A stretch of 64,000 nucleotides of DNA from an uncultured Candidatus Saccharibacteria bacterium (GTDB lineage Bacteria; Patescibacteriota; Minisyncoccia; UBA6257; 2-01-FULL-56-20). Below are positions 28,444 to 37,315 of the stretch, in pieces (the stretch's first letter is position 1; every line of letters begins with the position of its first letter). Both the position numbers and the translations under genes were made by a program. The notes beneath the pieces are model-generated. The model was not told the origin of the DNA and ran no database searches. It worked only from the letters and a program-made list of their open reading frames with translations. The stretch covers positions 78,061 to 142,060 of the forward strand of contig CAYWDX010000002.1 of assembly GCA_964456235.1 (NCBI GenBank). Reading direction: 5' to 3'.

Positions 28444-29088
28444 CTACGCTCCGAGAACCTTCGTAAGCGGGCAAAGTTCATGCTTATGGGGCCGCGCTGG
28501 ACAGTATGTGCGGCCATAGTCGATGACCATATAGGTAGCGTTAAACCACTGGTCACGCGGGATAATCGCCATCAAGTCCTGTTCGATTTTTTCAGGCGTT
28601 TTTTCTTTGGAAAGGCCGAGGGCGCGGGACAGGCGCATCACGTGCGTATCGACCGCGATCCCCTCAACCACGCCAAACGCGTTGCCCAAAATGACATTCG
28701 CCGACTTGCGCCCAACACCCGGCACCTTCACCATCTCCGCCATCGTGTGCGGAAGTTTGCCGCGGTGTTTCTCTTTTATGTACGTTGCCGCCCCCAAAAT
28801 ATTTCGCGTCTTCGCCCGGTAAAACCCGCATTGGTGGATGTCTTTTTCAAACTGGCGCGGGTCAGCTTTCACATAATCCTCAAGCTTGCGATATTTTTTG
28901 AAAAGCGCCGGCGTCACCTCATTCACTTTTTTGTCGGTACACTGCGCAGAAAGTTGCACGGCGACCAGTAGCTCCCATTCGTTTCCGTAATGGAGTGCGA
29001 TCTTGGCGTGCGGGAAAAGTTTTTTAAGCGCTTTCAGGATTTTCGCCGCCCGGCGCTTCATCATCGGCAGATCTTTCTTGGCGATCAT
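28444..29088 (-). CDS. nth: Endonuclease III (DNA glycosylase/AP lyase)
   Basis: 214 aa; HhH-GPD (LPGVGRKSANVILGNAFG) and the [4Fe-4S] Cys cluster CPARPHKHELCPL. Confidence 0.9.
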   Translation of the reverse strand: MIAKKDLPMMKRRAAKILKALKKLFPHAKIALHYGNEWELLVAVQLSAQCTDKKVNEVTPALFKKYRKLEDYVKADPRQFEKDIHQCGFYRAKTRNILGAATYIKEKHRGKLPHTMAEMVKVPGVGRKSANVILGNAFGVVEGIAVDTHVMRLSRALGLSKEKTPEKIEQDLMAIIPRDQWFNATYMVIDYGRTYCPARPHKHELCPLTKVLGA

Positions 29089-29096
29089 GCACCTGA

Positions 29097-29774
29097 TTAT
29101 ACCGGCGCCTCAATCTTATATCCATAGCCATGGACCGTATGGAGTAATTTCTTTTTGAATGGGTCGTCAATTTTCTGACGCAGGTAGCGCATGTGGACGT
29201 CCACCGTATTTGTGAAGGGGTCAGCATTCATATCCCACACATGTTCCAGGATCATGCTCCGCGTGAGGATCACGCCCGGGTTGCGCATAAAATATTCGAG
29301 GAGCGCGAATTGCTTGCGCGTTATGCGGATCGTTTTCCCGGCGCGCACCACCGATTGCATCTGAATATCCACGACAAGATCGTGGATGATGAGCACCGGC
29401 CCGGTCACTTTTCGCTCGCGCCGCAGGAGCGCATTCGCCCGTGCGAGGAGCTCGCTGAACACGAACGGCTTTGATAAATAATCATCAGCGCCGATATTCA
29501 GCGCCCGCACCTTGGTCGCTGCATCGCCCGTAACCGTGAGCATGATGATCGGGTAGGTTCGGCCCGCCGCGCGCGTCTCGCGACAAACGTCAATGCCGGT
29601 CAATGTGCCAGCCAGCCGGATATCAAAAATGCCGAGGTCATAATCATTCACCTTGGCCCACACGAGGCCGCGCTCACCCGTCTCTGCCCAATCAATCGAG
29701 AAATTTCGCCGCATGAGCCCCTCGCGAATCGATCCCGCCAGATTCCGTTCATCCTCCAAAAGCAATATGCGCAT
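29097..29774 (-). CDS. Response regulator, OmpR/PhoB family (receiver + winged helix)
   Basis: 225 aa; MRILLLEDE...D(52)...LTVTGD...KPF, then trans_reg_C (TRKQFALLEYFMRNPGVILTRSMILEHVW). It lies 8 nt upstream of nth and has no adjacent kinase. Confidence 0.85.
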   Translation of the reverse strand: MRILLLEDERNLAGSIREGLMRRNFSIDWAETGERGLVWAKVNDYDLGIFDIRLAGTLTGIDVCRETRAAGRTYPIIMLTVTGDAATKVRALNIGADDYLSKPFVFSELLARANALLRRERKVTGPVLIIHDLVVDIQMQSVVRAGKTIRITRKQFALLEYFMRNPGVILTRSMILEHVWDMNADPFTNTVDVHMRYLRQKIDDPFKKKLLHTVHGYGYKIEAPV

Positions 29775-29861
29775 GGTTTTCTTTTGATCCTGCCATACGG
29801 GACATTAAGAAAAGTTAAAGGGCCGGCCGGTGGGACGCGAGCGCTGATTTGAGGCTCGAAC

Positions 29862-29889
29862 TTGACAGATTATATGGACTTGGTACAAT
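29862..29889 (+). promoter_or_regulatory. Near-consensus sigma70 promoter (TTGACA-16-TACAAT) for an orphan small RNA
   Basis: ttgaca 29862-29867, 16-nt spacer, tacaat 29884-29889. No ORF follows. Confidence 0.55.
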
Positions 29890-29892
29890 CGT

Positions 29893-30034
29893 ATCCAGTT
29901 CCATTTTGGAAGGGTTTATGCCGATCCCGAGTGCCGGCTGCCCCTTCCCTGCGCGGTAGAGCCCAGACGAACGAGGGGGTGAGCTCCCGCGCAATCGCAA
30001 GGGGCGTCGATTGATTCGACGCCCCTTATTGTTT
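29893..30034 (+). ncRNA. Candidate small RNA (~140 nt), family not recognised
   Basis: Bounded by the promoter above and an intrinsic terminator. It has three predicted hairpins: GGAAGGG...CCCUUCC (29909-29949), UGCGCGG...CCGCGCA (29951-29993) and the terminator stem. It is not a leader for any downstream gene (the next gene is convergent). Confidence 0.45.
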
Positions 30035-30036
30035 TT
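30000..30036. terminator. Intrinsic terminator (plus-strand sRNA; possibly also serves the convergent FKBP gene)
   Basis: GGGGCGTCGA (30001-30010) / TCGACGCCCC (30016-30025), loop TTGAT, then TTATTGTTTTT on the plus strand. Confidence 0.6.
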
Positions 30037-30054
30037 AATGCTTTTTTAATTTTT

Positions 30055-30549
30055 CTACTGACCCGCGGCGCTGGTCGAAACCGAGAGAAGCTCGACAACA
30101 AAATGAAGCGTCGCATTGGCCGGAATCACCGATCCGGCACCGGCGGCACCATAGGCGAGTTCGGGAGGAATCGTAAGTTCGCGCTTGCCGCCCACCTTCA
30201 TGCCAAGAACACCGTAATCCCACCCCTTGATCACCTGTCCGGCGCCAAGAAGGAAGCTGAACGGCTGCTTGCGGTCATAGGAACTGTCAAACTTTGTGCC
30301 GTTCATGAGCGTGCCAACATAATTCACCGTCACCGTTTCGCCATTTTTGGCTTCGGCACCGGTTCCTACCACGAGATTAGTTATTTTCAGGTTTTCCATA
30401 AGTCGCTGTTGGGCTTGCGCTACGGCACTGTCGGCAATCGCTTGCGCCTGGCGGGCTTCTTCTTCAGATTTTTGATTATACCAGATTGAAAGCCAAATAA
30501 TGCCGACGGCGAGAACTGTAAAAAGAATTCCGGAAACCACTTTTTTCAT
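30055..30549 (-). CDS. FKBP-type peptidyl-prolyl cis-trans isomerase, membrane-anchored
   Basis: 164 aa; N-terminal TM, then the FKBP domain VTVNYVGTLMNGTKFDSSYDRKQPFSFLLGAGQVIKGWDYGVLGMKVGGKRELTIPPELAYG. Confidence 0.85.
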   Translation of the reverse strand: MKKVVSGILFTVLAVGIIWLSIWYNQKSEEEARQAQAIADSAVAQAQQRLMENLKITNLVVGTGAEAKNGETVTVNYVGTLMNGTKFDSSYDRKQPFSFLLGAGQVIKGWDYGVLGMKVGGKRELTIPPELAYGAAGAGSVIPANATLHFVVELLSVSTSAAGQ

Positions 30550-30581
30550 TTTTCTTTAATGAAAGTTTTATTAAGAAAACA

Positions 30582-30899
30582 TTAAGAAACGTGGGCGCCG
30601 GGCGGGACGGGCTTATCCGGCATCACGAGAAACGGCAGACCGTCGTCTCCATGCGCGGCGAGGAGCATGCCCTGGCTTTCAAGCCCCATAAGTTTCCGCG
30701 GCTCGAGGTTTGCGATCACAACTACCTCGCGCCCCACCAGTTCCTCTGGAGTATACGTCTTCCCGATGCCCGATACAATCTGTCGGGGTTCGCCGATATC
30801 AATTTGCAGCTTGATAAGTTTTTCCGAATCGGGCACGCGCTCGGCCGCAAGGATTTTTGCCACGCGCAAATCAACTTGCTTGAATTCGTCTATCGTCAC
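30582..30899 (-). CDS. tRNA-binding domain protein (CsaA/Trbp111/EMAP-like OB fold)
   Basis: 105 aa; DLRVAKILAAERVPDSEKLIKLQIDIGE...SGI... is the typical MetRS-C/CsaA tRNA-binding domain. Confidence 0.8.
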   Translation of the reverse strand: MTIDEFKQVDLRVAKILAAERVPDSEKLIKLQIDIGEPRQIVSGIGKTYTPEELVGREVVVIANLEPRKLMGLESQGMLLAAHGDDGLPFLVMPDKPVPPGAHVS

Positions 30900-30904
30900 A
30901 ACGC

Positions 30905-31426
30905 TTAGAGATGGAGATGCGAAAGAATCGACTGAATAAAGTGCGCGATCGAAGCGAGGTAGGCAAACTGGTCGGCAAGGTATTGATACGCCGCAGAACG
31001 ATTCACGGTATTTGCGCCCAGCACTTCCCCGCCGGGAACCGTAACCGAATAGGTCGCCTGCGTGTCGGCGTTTTCCGCAAACGAATGCTGCGGGTCGATG
31101 GTGACCCGGACTGAATACGTCTGGCCGCTTGCCATATTGAACGTCGCGTAGGGCTCATAGGCAAATCCGCACTGGCCAACGGCCAGCGAATTTATGGTGG
31201 GATATTGCGTCACACTATTCGCATTCACCACCACCGTGACCGAACTCGTCAGTTTCGCCGTGCCCTTATTGCAGACGCCAACGCCAAACTGCGTCGTGTC
31301 CCCCGCCCGCTGCCCAATGCCGCTGTTTTTAAGGACACCGCCGGTCGTCGCGAAGGCCGGGATAACCGTTAGCGCGGAGATCGCCAAAACGAATGTTAAA
31401 ACCTTCAGGGCTTTGGGCGTTTTCAT
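30905..31426 (-). CDS. Secreted hypothetical protein (signal peptide)
   Basis: 173 aa; N-terminal signal peptide MKTPKALKVLTFVLAISALTVIPAFA; Thr/Ser/Val-rich beta-type composition. Confidence 0.5.
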   Translation of the reverse strand: MKTPKALKVLTFVLAISALTVIPAFATTGGVLKNSGIGQRAGDTTQFGVGVCNKGTAKLTSSVTVVVNANSVTQYPTINSLAVGQCGFAYEPYATFNMASGQTYSVRVTIDPQHSFAENADTQATYSVTVPGGEVLGANTVNRSAAYQYLADQFAYLASIAHFIQSILSHLHL

Positions 31427-31501
31427 ATCGCTCTATCTAACACCTCTTTAACAAAAATGTCAATGGTATGTGCCGTTCATCATTGACCGATTTCACAGAA
31501 G

Positions 31502-32245
31502 TCAAGCTAACTTGTTTTGATCCAGAAAATGACCAATTTCAATCTCTATTTCCTTGATAACTTCGGAGTAATAGCGATAGTCATGATCGCAATCAACTCT
31601 CACGATCGTTTTTGGTTCCGGCACTTCAGCAAATAAATTTTCGGCCACATCGGTCGGAGTAAATTCGTCTCGAGTTCCATAGATAAGAAGTTTTGGTTTT
31701 GTGCAACCCTTCAGAAGCTCGCCTGCATTGTACTGCTTTCCATCTTCCCAGTATGTAATGGGTAATTTGAATTCTTTCTGCTCTTTGGTTTTAGAAGTTC
31801 CGGGTGGCAAATCTCGGTATGACAATTTATATCCTTTCCGCATCGCTTCTGCGCCTGGAGCTGTGGGTTCTTCGAAATTCGCCATGATCGGCACGATACC
31901 GAAGACAACAGGGTTCGAGCTCGCGAAGATGGCAGTGGCCGCTCCTCGACTATGACCAATTAAAAGCGTTGGCTTATTCCCGAAATATTCGATTAGCTCG
32001 TTAACTGCTTTAACATAGTTTGTAGTTGTATATAAATCAATGCTTCCCGGGCTTTCCCATGTACCTGGTGGATCGAACGCAATTGCATAAAAACCACGTT
32101 CCGCTAGATAGTCCGCATGACTTGTGAAACAAGCGTAATCTTTAGTATCTAGACGACCAGGCAAAAGCAGAGCTAACTTTTTGGCATTTCGGTTTCCTTG
32201 CGCCAATATCGCCAATTCAAACGATTTTGTTCTGACAATTTCCAT
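31502..32245 (-). CDS. Alpha/beta-fold hydrolase (esterase/dienelactone-hydrolase-like)
   Basis: 247 aa; nucleophile elbow LLIGHSRGAATA (GxSxG); catalytic Asp/His candidates near the C-terminus. Confidence 0.75.
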   Translation of the reverse strand: MEIVRTKSFELAILAQGNRNAKKLALLLPGRLDTKDYACFTSHADYLAERGFYAIAFDPPGTWESPGSIDLYTTTNYVKAVNELIEYFGNKPTLLIGHSRGAATAIFASSNPVVFGIVPIMANFEEPTAPGAEAMRKGYKLSYRDLPPGTSKTKEQKEFKLPITYWEDGKQYNAGELLKGCTKPKLLIYGTRDEFTPTDVAENLFAEVPEPKTIVRVDCDHDYRYYSEVIKEIEIEIGHFLDQNKLA

Positions 32246-32246
32246 A

Positions 32247-34961
32247 TTATTTTTTGTCCTGAAGATTTCTTTGATGCTCCTCCGTATTCAGCAACCCACA
32301 CTTCTTATATTTCTTCCCGCTGCCGCAGGGGCAGGGATCGTTGCGGCCAATTTTATTATCGTGGGCGACTCGATTGGCCATCGCAGCTTGCGATGCTGGT
32401 TGCGAAGGCCCACCCATCCCCGGCGCCCCCGGATTTGCCATTTTGAATGCGTTTGCAAAGACCATCCCGTTGAAGTTAGACCAGAAATTTTGGAACAGGC
32501 GGTGTGATTCTTGGCGATACTCTACGAGCGGATCGCGCTGGCCATAAGCGCGCAAGCCAACCGACTCTTGGAGCGCCTCGAGGTCTTCGAGATGATTCAT
32601 CCACAGCAAATCTAGGATGCTCAAGAGTTGATTCTTAACAAGCGGGTTTTCTGCCGCGAGCACTGATTTTTCTTTAATCGCTTTTTTAAGAGCACTGCCA
32701 TCGCTGCCGTCGCTACTATCGTTGCCCTCGCCGTCATTGCCAGCGGCGGAATCGGAATCGCCGAGCAACGCATCGGCCTTTGCCTCATCGTCAACCAATT
32801 GCGAGTCCTTTAATATCTTTTTAATGTCGGCGCGGCCAGTTGGTTCGCCCGCGTCGTTGGTCGCCGAGAGCATTGGAGCCAGTGCGGTTTCATAATGTTC
32901 GGTCGTTGCCGCAGCCACCACCTGCGCGACCTCCGTTTTATTCATGAGCGCAAGAATCTCCGACCGGCGGCGATACACCGCCGAGCGCTGTTTATTCAAC
33001 ACGTCGTCGTAATCGAGGAGGTGTTTGCGGAGATCGAAGTTCGCGCCCTCCACTTTTTCCTGCGCCTGGGCGACCGCCTTGCTTACAAAACCGAACTCGA
33101 TCGGCTGATCGTCAGGAACATTCAAACGCTCCATCGTGTTTTTCAATCGGTCGCCGCCAAAAATGCGCAGCAAGTCGTCATCCGCCGACAAGAAAAACTG
33201 CGTGGAGCCAGGATCGCCCTGGCGACCCGAGCGGCCGCGCAACTGGTTGTCGATGCGGCGCGCTTCGTGCCGCTCGGTACCGATCACGTGCAATCCCCCC
33301 GCCTCGCGCACCTTTGCTGTTTCTTCCGACTTTGGCGGATTGCCGCCGAGCAATATGTCGACGCCGCGCCCGGCCACGTTCGTAGCCACCGTCACCGCGC
33401 CCGGACGCCCGGCCTGCGCGATGATCGCGCCCTCGCGCTCATTATTCTTCGCATTCAAAACCTCGTGCGGAATTCCCGCCTTCGAAAGGGCGGCCGAAAA
33501 AATTTCGTTCTTTGCGATGGAGGTCGTGCCGAGCAGCACGGGCTGGCCCTTTTCACGAAGCGCAGCGACGGCGTTCACCACCGCATCAATTTTTGCGCCA
33601 AAATTCTTGTAGATAAGATCGTTCATATCCTTCCGCGCCAGCGCTCGGTTCGGCGGAATGCTTTCCACCTCTAGTTTGTAGACTTTATAAAACTCCTCGG
33701 CGGAAGTCTGCGCGGTTCCCGTCATGCCGGAAACCTTCTCGTACATGCGGAAATAATTTTGGATCGAAACTTTCGCGTAGGTGCGCGACTCCTCTTTCAC
33801 CTTGACGCCCTCCTTGGCTTCGATCGCCTGGTGGAGACCCGCCTGGTAACGGCGGCCGATCAGTAAGCGTCCCGTAAATTCGTCCACAATCAACACCTCG
33901 CCGTTTTTAATCACATAATCGCGGTCAAGAAGGAACAGCGCTTTTGCTTTCAAGCTTTCTTCTAAGTAGTGCACCAAACGAATATTTTCTGGCGCGTAGA
34001 TGTTCCGAATTTTCAAAACCTGCTCCACCTTCTCCACGCCGGCATCCGTAATCGAAATTGATTTTCGTTTTTCGTCTACTTCGTAGTCTTTGTCCTTTTC
34101 AAGAAGAGCGGCGACGCGAGCAAAAGCCTTGTAGGCGTCGCTCGCTTCGCTGTCGGGCGCGGCGATGATGAGCGGCGTGCGCGCTTCGTCAATTAAAATA
34201 CTGTCCACTTCGTCGATGACCGCATAATGATGCCCGCGCTGCACGCGATCTTCGAGCTTGTACGCCAAATTGTCGCGCAGATAATCAAAACCAAACTCAT
34301 GGTTCGTGCCATAGGTGACGTCAGCTTCGTAGGCCTGGCGTCGCGGTGCCGGCCGTAAAAATTCCTGCTGCACGAGGAAACTCCCCGTCGTGTCGCGTTC
34401 TTTATCGAGCAGTTTCGATTCTTCTGGGTTCTGCGATTTCGCGCCGGCGCCCTCTTCTGGAGCTTTATAAGCAGGGTCATAGATGAACGCAGCATTCGGA
34501 ACGAGACAAGCAACCGAGAGGCCAAGCGCACGATAAATCTGGCCCATCCAAATGGCGTCGCGACGGGCAAGGTATTCGTTCACGGTAACAACGTGAACGC
34601 CGCGCCCGGTGAGCGCGTTCAAATAGGCTGGAGCAACCGCCGCGAGCGTTTTCCCTTCGCCGGTCATCATTTCAGCGACCGCGCCCCGATGGAGCACCAG
34701 GCCGCCCAACATCTGCACGTCGAAGGGGCGCTGGCCAAGCGTGCGCTTCGCCGCCTCGCGCACCAGGGAAAACGCTCGCGGCGCGAGGCCATCAAGCGAC
34801 TCCCCCGCCATCGCGCGCCCTTTCAACTTCAAACTTTCGGACGCGAGCGACTCGTCGGAAAGTTTGGAAATTTCTGCTTCGAGCGAGTTGATGGCGCGGA
34901 CTCTCTCCTCGAGCGCGCCGAGCGAGCGCTTTCTAAAAAAACTTTTAATAGATCCCAGCAT
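32247..34961 (-). CDS. secA: Preprotein translocase subunit SecA
   Basis: 904 aa; DEAD motor, PPXD, C-terminal zinc finger CPCGSGKKYKKCG. An acidic Asp/Ser/Gly-rich insert (DSDSAAGNDGEGNDSSDGSDGS) precedes the C-terminal region. Confidence 0.95.
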   Translation of the reverse strand: MLGSIKSFFRKRSLGALEERVRAINSLEAEISKLSDESLASESLKLKGRAMAGESLDGLAPRAFSLVREAAKRTLGQRPFDVQMLGGLVLHRGAVAEMMTGEGKTLAAVAPAYLNALTGRGVHVVTVNEYLARRDAIWMGQIYRALGLSVACLVPNAAFIYDPAYKAPEEGAGAKSQNPEESKLLDKERDTTGSFLVQQEFLRPAPRRQAYEADVTYGTNHEFGFDYLRDNLAYKLEDRVQRGHHYAVIDEVDSILIDEARTPLIIAAPDSEASDAYKAFARVAALLEKDKDYEVDEKRKSISITDAGVEKVEQVLKIRNIYAPENIRLVHYLEESLKAKALFLLDRDYVIKNGEVLIVDEFTGRLLIGRRYQAGLHQAIEAKEGVKVKEESRTYAKVSIQNYFRMYEKVSGMTGTAQTSAEEFYKVYKLEVESIPPNRALARKDMNDLIYKNFGAKIDAVVNAVAALREKGQPVLLGTTSIAKNEIFSAALSKAGIPHEVLNAKNNEREGAIIAQAGRPGAVTVATNVAGRGVDILLGGNPPKSEETAKVREAGGLHVIGTERHEARRIDNQLRGRSGRQGDPGSTQFFLSADDDLLRIFGGDRLKNTMERLNVPDDQPIEFGFVSKAVAQAQEKVEGANFDLRKHLLDYDDVLNKQRSAVYRRRSEILALMNKTEVAQVVAAATTEHYETALAPMLSATNDAGEPTGRADIKKILKDSQLVDDEAKADALLGDSDSAAGNDGEGNDSSDGSDGSALKKAIKEKSVLAAENPLVKNQLLSILDLLWMNHLEDLEALQESVGLRAYGQRDPLVEYRQESHRLFQNFWSNFNGMVFANAFKMANPGAPGMGGPSQPASQAAMANRVAHDNKIGRNDPCPCGSGKKYKKCGLLNTEEHQRNLQDKK

Positions 34962-35002
34962 GACCCCCGGATTATAGGCGATGTTCGACGGAATTTCCAG
35001 CC

Positions 35003-35341
35003 CTAGCGCACCCGGCCGCGGCGGGGCTCCATGAATCGCGTGCGGTATTTTTCGATTTCGAGGCGGAGCGTGTCGCGAGCTTGATCAATCGCCGCGCGCA
35101 TGTCGTCGGCATATTCTTCGGCGCGTAAAATCCGTTTCGGTAAACGCAGGTCAGCAGAGGCCATAAACACCTCGTTGCCTTTTTTATGATGGCGCGTGGT
35201 GCGCGAAACTTCGAGCCAGATCCCCGCCTCCCCCGTCTCATCAAACCGCTTCACGAACTTCGCGAGCGAGCCCAGTTTCAAATCAATATACTTGCGGAGC
35301 GACGGGGTGAGATCCGTCGTGGCTTTGATCACGATCTTCAT
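35003..35341 (-). CDS. hpf: Ribosome hibernation promoting factor (HPF/RaiA, S30AE family, short form)
   Basis: 112 aa; MKIVIKATTDLTPSLRKYIDLKLGSLAKF...DDMRAAIDQARDTLRLEIEKYR. It is immediately upstream of secA, the usual hpf position. Confidence 0.85.
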   Translation of the reverse strand: MKIVIKATTDLTPSLRKYIDLKLGSLAKFVKRFDETGEAGIWLEVSRTTRHHKKGNEVFMASADLRLPKRILRAEEYADDMRAAIDQARDTLRLEIEKYRTRFMEPRRGRVR

Positions 35342-35348
35342 GCCTCAA

Positions 35349-36320
35349 TTATATCACCTGCACTTCTTCTTCGAGCACCAGACCAAATTTCTTTTTGACC
35401 TCTGCCTTGGCAAGCCCAATGAGTTGCTTCACTTCGGGCGACGCCGCGCCAAGCACGTTCACGATAAAGTTCGGGTGCTTGCCGGAGATCATGGCACCGC
35501 CAGCGCTCACGCCGCGCAACCCCGCCTCCGAAATCAATTTTGCGGCCGAAATAACCGGAAATGGATCCTTTTTCACCGAAAATTCCGATCCCCGGAAGCG
35601 CAATTTGCCCGCAGCAAGTGCTTGTTTATAGTGGGGGCTCGACGGCGCATGGACGTGGTGCAGCGCCACATTCTTAAAGATGCTCCCAATATTCGGATAA
35701 TCAAGCGGATGGTTTTTTTCGCGGTGCGCTATTTTTTCGTTGATGGCCGCCTCGATTTTTTTGCGATTGCCTTTCTTGAGCGCGAGCACCGCATCGAGGA
35801 CGATCTCGCTTCCATTTTTTTGCTTAAAAATACTCGTGCGATAGTCAAATTTGCATGTGGCTCGGCGACGCTCAACCGCCCTCATGGTCTTCGTGTCAAA
35901 ACTGCGCACCGATTCGATGACATCTTTTATTTCGCCGCCGAAGCATCCTGCATTGCCACGGATCGCGCCGCCCACCGTACCCGGCAGGCCGCCCGCCCAC
36001 TCCAAGCCCGCAAGTGATTTTTTTGCAGCGAACGCGAGGAGTTCTGGCATGGCAACGCCAGCGCCAACCGTAATTTTCGTTCCTTGTGCCGCGAGCGTTG
36101 CGATACTCGGTCGTATGACAAGCCCGTTAAAACCAAGATCATCAATCAGCAGGTTAGTTCCGCCGCCGAGCACAAAAAAATCCAGTTTCATTTTTTTTGC
36201 CTGCGCGACGGCCCACACCAATTCTTTTTCCGTTTTGGGTGCAAAAAAATAGCGGGCGGGTCCCCCGATTTTGTAGTTGCTCCATTCGCGGAGCAAAATA
36301 TTTTCTAATAATTTAGGCAT
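35349..36320 (-). CDS. murB: UDP-N-acetylenolpyruvoylglucosamine reductase
   Basis: FAD-binding PCMH domain (FFVLGGGTNLLIDDLGFNGLVI) plus the MurB C-terminal domain. The start is placed at the ATG at 36320 (MPKLLENILL...); the ORF track start at 36377 is a TTG. Confidence 0.85.
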   Translation of the reverse strand: MPKLLENILLREWSNYKIGGPARYFFAPKTEKELVWAVAQAKKMKLDFFVLGGGTNLLIDDLGFNGLVIRPSIATLAAQGTKITVGAGVAMPELLAFAAKKSLAGLEWAGGLPGTVGGAIRGNAGCFGGEIKDVIESVRSFDTKTMRAVERRRATCKFDYRTSIFKQKNGSEIVLDAVLALKKGNRKKIEAAINEKIAHREKNHPLDYPNIGSIFKNVALHHVHAPSSPHYKQALAAGKLRFRGSEFSVKKDPFPVISAAKLISEAGLRGVSAGGAMISGKHPNFIVNVLGAASPEVKQLIGLAKAEVKKKFGLVLEEEVQVI

Positions 36321-36555
36321 GGCGGTGGTGGCACATGATGATGCGCATGGGTCGTAAACAATATAAAGAGCTATCAAGCCGATCCGCTTAGATCTCCGCG
36401 GCGGGCGCCGGTCCGCATACGACGAGGAGCAAAGAGCTAAGCGGAGCGGCTGTGGTGACCTCCAATTCTGTTTGAATGAATGAGTGCTCTTCAGCCAGCT
36501 CCGCTTTCAGTATAAATAATGCGAGTTAAAAAACAATTAAAGACACTCATGAACT

Positions 36556-36581
36556 AAAACCCCCGTTTTACGGGGGGTTTT
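36556..36581. terminator. Bidirectional intrinsic terminator (downstream of the gtrA-like gene)
   Basis: AAAA CCCCCG TTTTA CGGGGG TTTT; A-run and T-run flank a 6-bp G/C stem. Confidence 0.55.
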
Positions 36582-36698
36582 AGCAAACAGAATCGTGTGG
36601 GACATTGCTCAGCCGACGTCGTCGTTAAGCGATGCGCGCACCCATTCGCAGCCATTATACCAGGTCTTCTATAAATAAGCAAGGGGTTTGCAAGGGCC

Positions 36699-37307
36699 CT
36701 ACTTCTTAAAGACCCAGAGCTTGTAGGCTAGAAAATCCCAAAGGAAAGCGGCTGCCACGCCGGCGAGGGCGCCAACATTCGCCCAGGTATTTGGCGAAAC
36801 GGCCATCGGACGGCTCACGCTGCTGAAAACATACGAGGCGAAACCGACATTCAGCAAGAAACCGATGACCGCCGCCGTGTAAAATTTCACCGTCTGCGGC
36901 ACATTCGCCGGTTCGCGCGAATTAAACGTCCAGAATTTATTCCACAAGAAACTGTTCGTCGTTGCGGCGATGAACGAAATCCCTTTCATGAAACGAAAGC
37001 CCCAGATGGCCGGCGTGCCAACGAGGAGAATTTCAAGATTGAGGACGCCGATGTCGACAAAAGTGTTCAGGGTGCCCACTGCGGCAAACTTCCCAAATTG
37101 GTAAAGCACCGAGACAAGTTTGCTCGCAAGATAAATAATGAACAGCGCGGCCGGGGCGAGGATCGTGAAGCTAAGGAAGATGGCGAGGCGGACGGTCGGC
37201 GTGAGCGCCAGGTCGAATTGGCTCGCGACATTCGCAAGGATCGGCTGCGACAAAAGCCCAACCGTTGCCCCGATGATAACCGACGCTATCCAGTCGCGGC
37301 GCTTCAT
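36699..37307 (-). CDS. GtrA-family membrane protein
   Basis: 202 aa, multi-TM; YQFGKFAAVGTLNTFVDIGVLN...FLWNKFWTF matches the GtrA-like family. Confidence 0.7.
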   Translation of the reverse strand: MKRRDWIASVIIGATVGLLSQPILANVASQFDLALTPTVRLAIFLSFTILAPAALFIIYLASKLVSVLYQFGKFAAVGTLNTFVDIGVLNLEILLVGTPAIWGFRFMKGISFIAATTNSFLWNKFWTFNSREPANVPQTVKFYTAAVIGFLLNVGFASYVFSSVSRPMAVSPNTWANVGALAGVAAAFLWDFLAYKLWVFKK

Positions 37308-37315
37308 TGAATCAA

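Noticed and set aside
29893-30034. Assignment of the orphan sRNA to SRP (4.5S) RNA
   Set aside because: - The size fits, but I could not identify the conserved domain IV GGAA tetraloop/AGCAGC-type motif on either strand, or end-to-end pairing.
- Kept as an unclassified sRNA.
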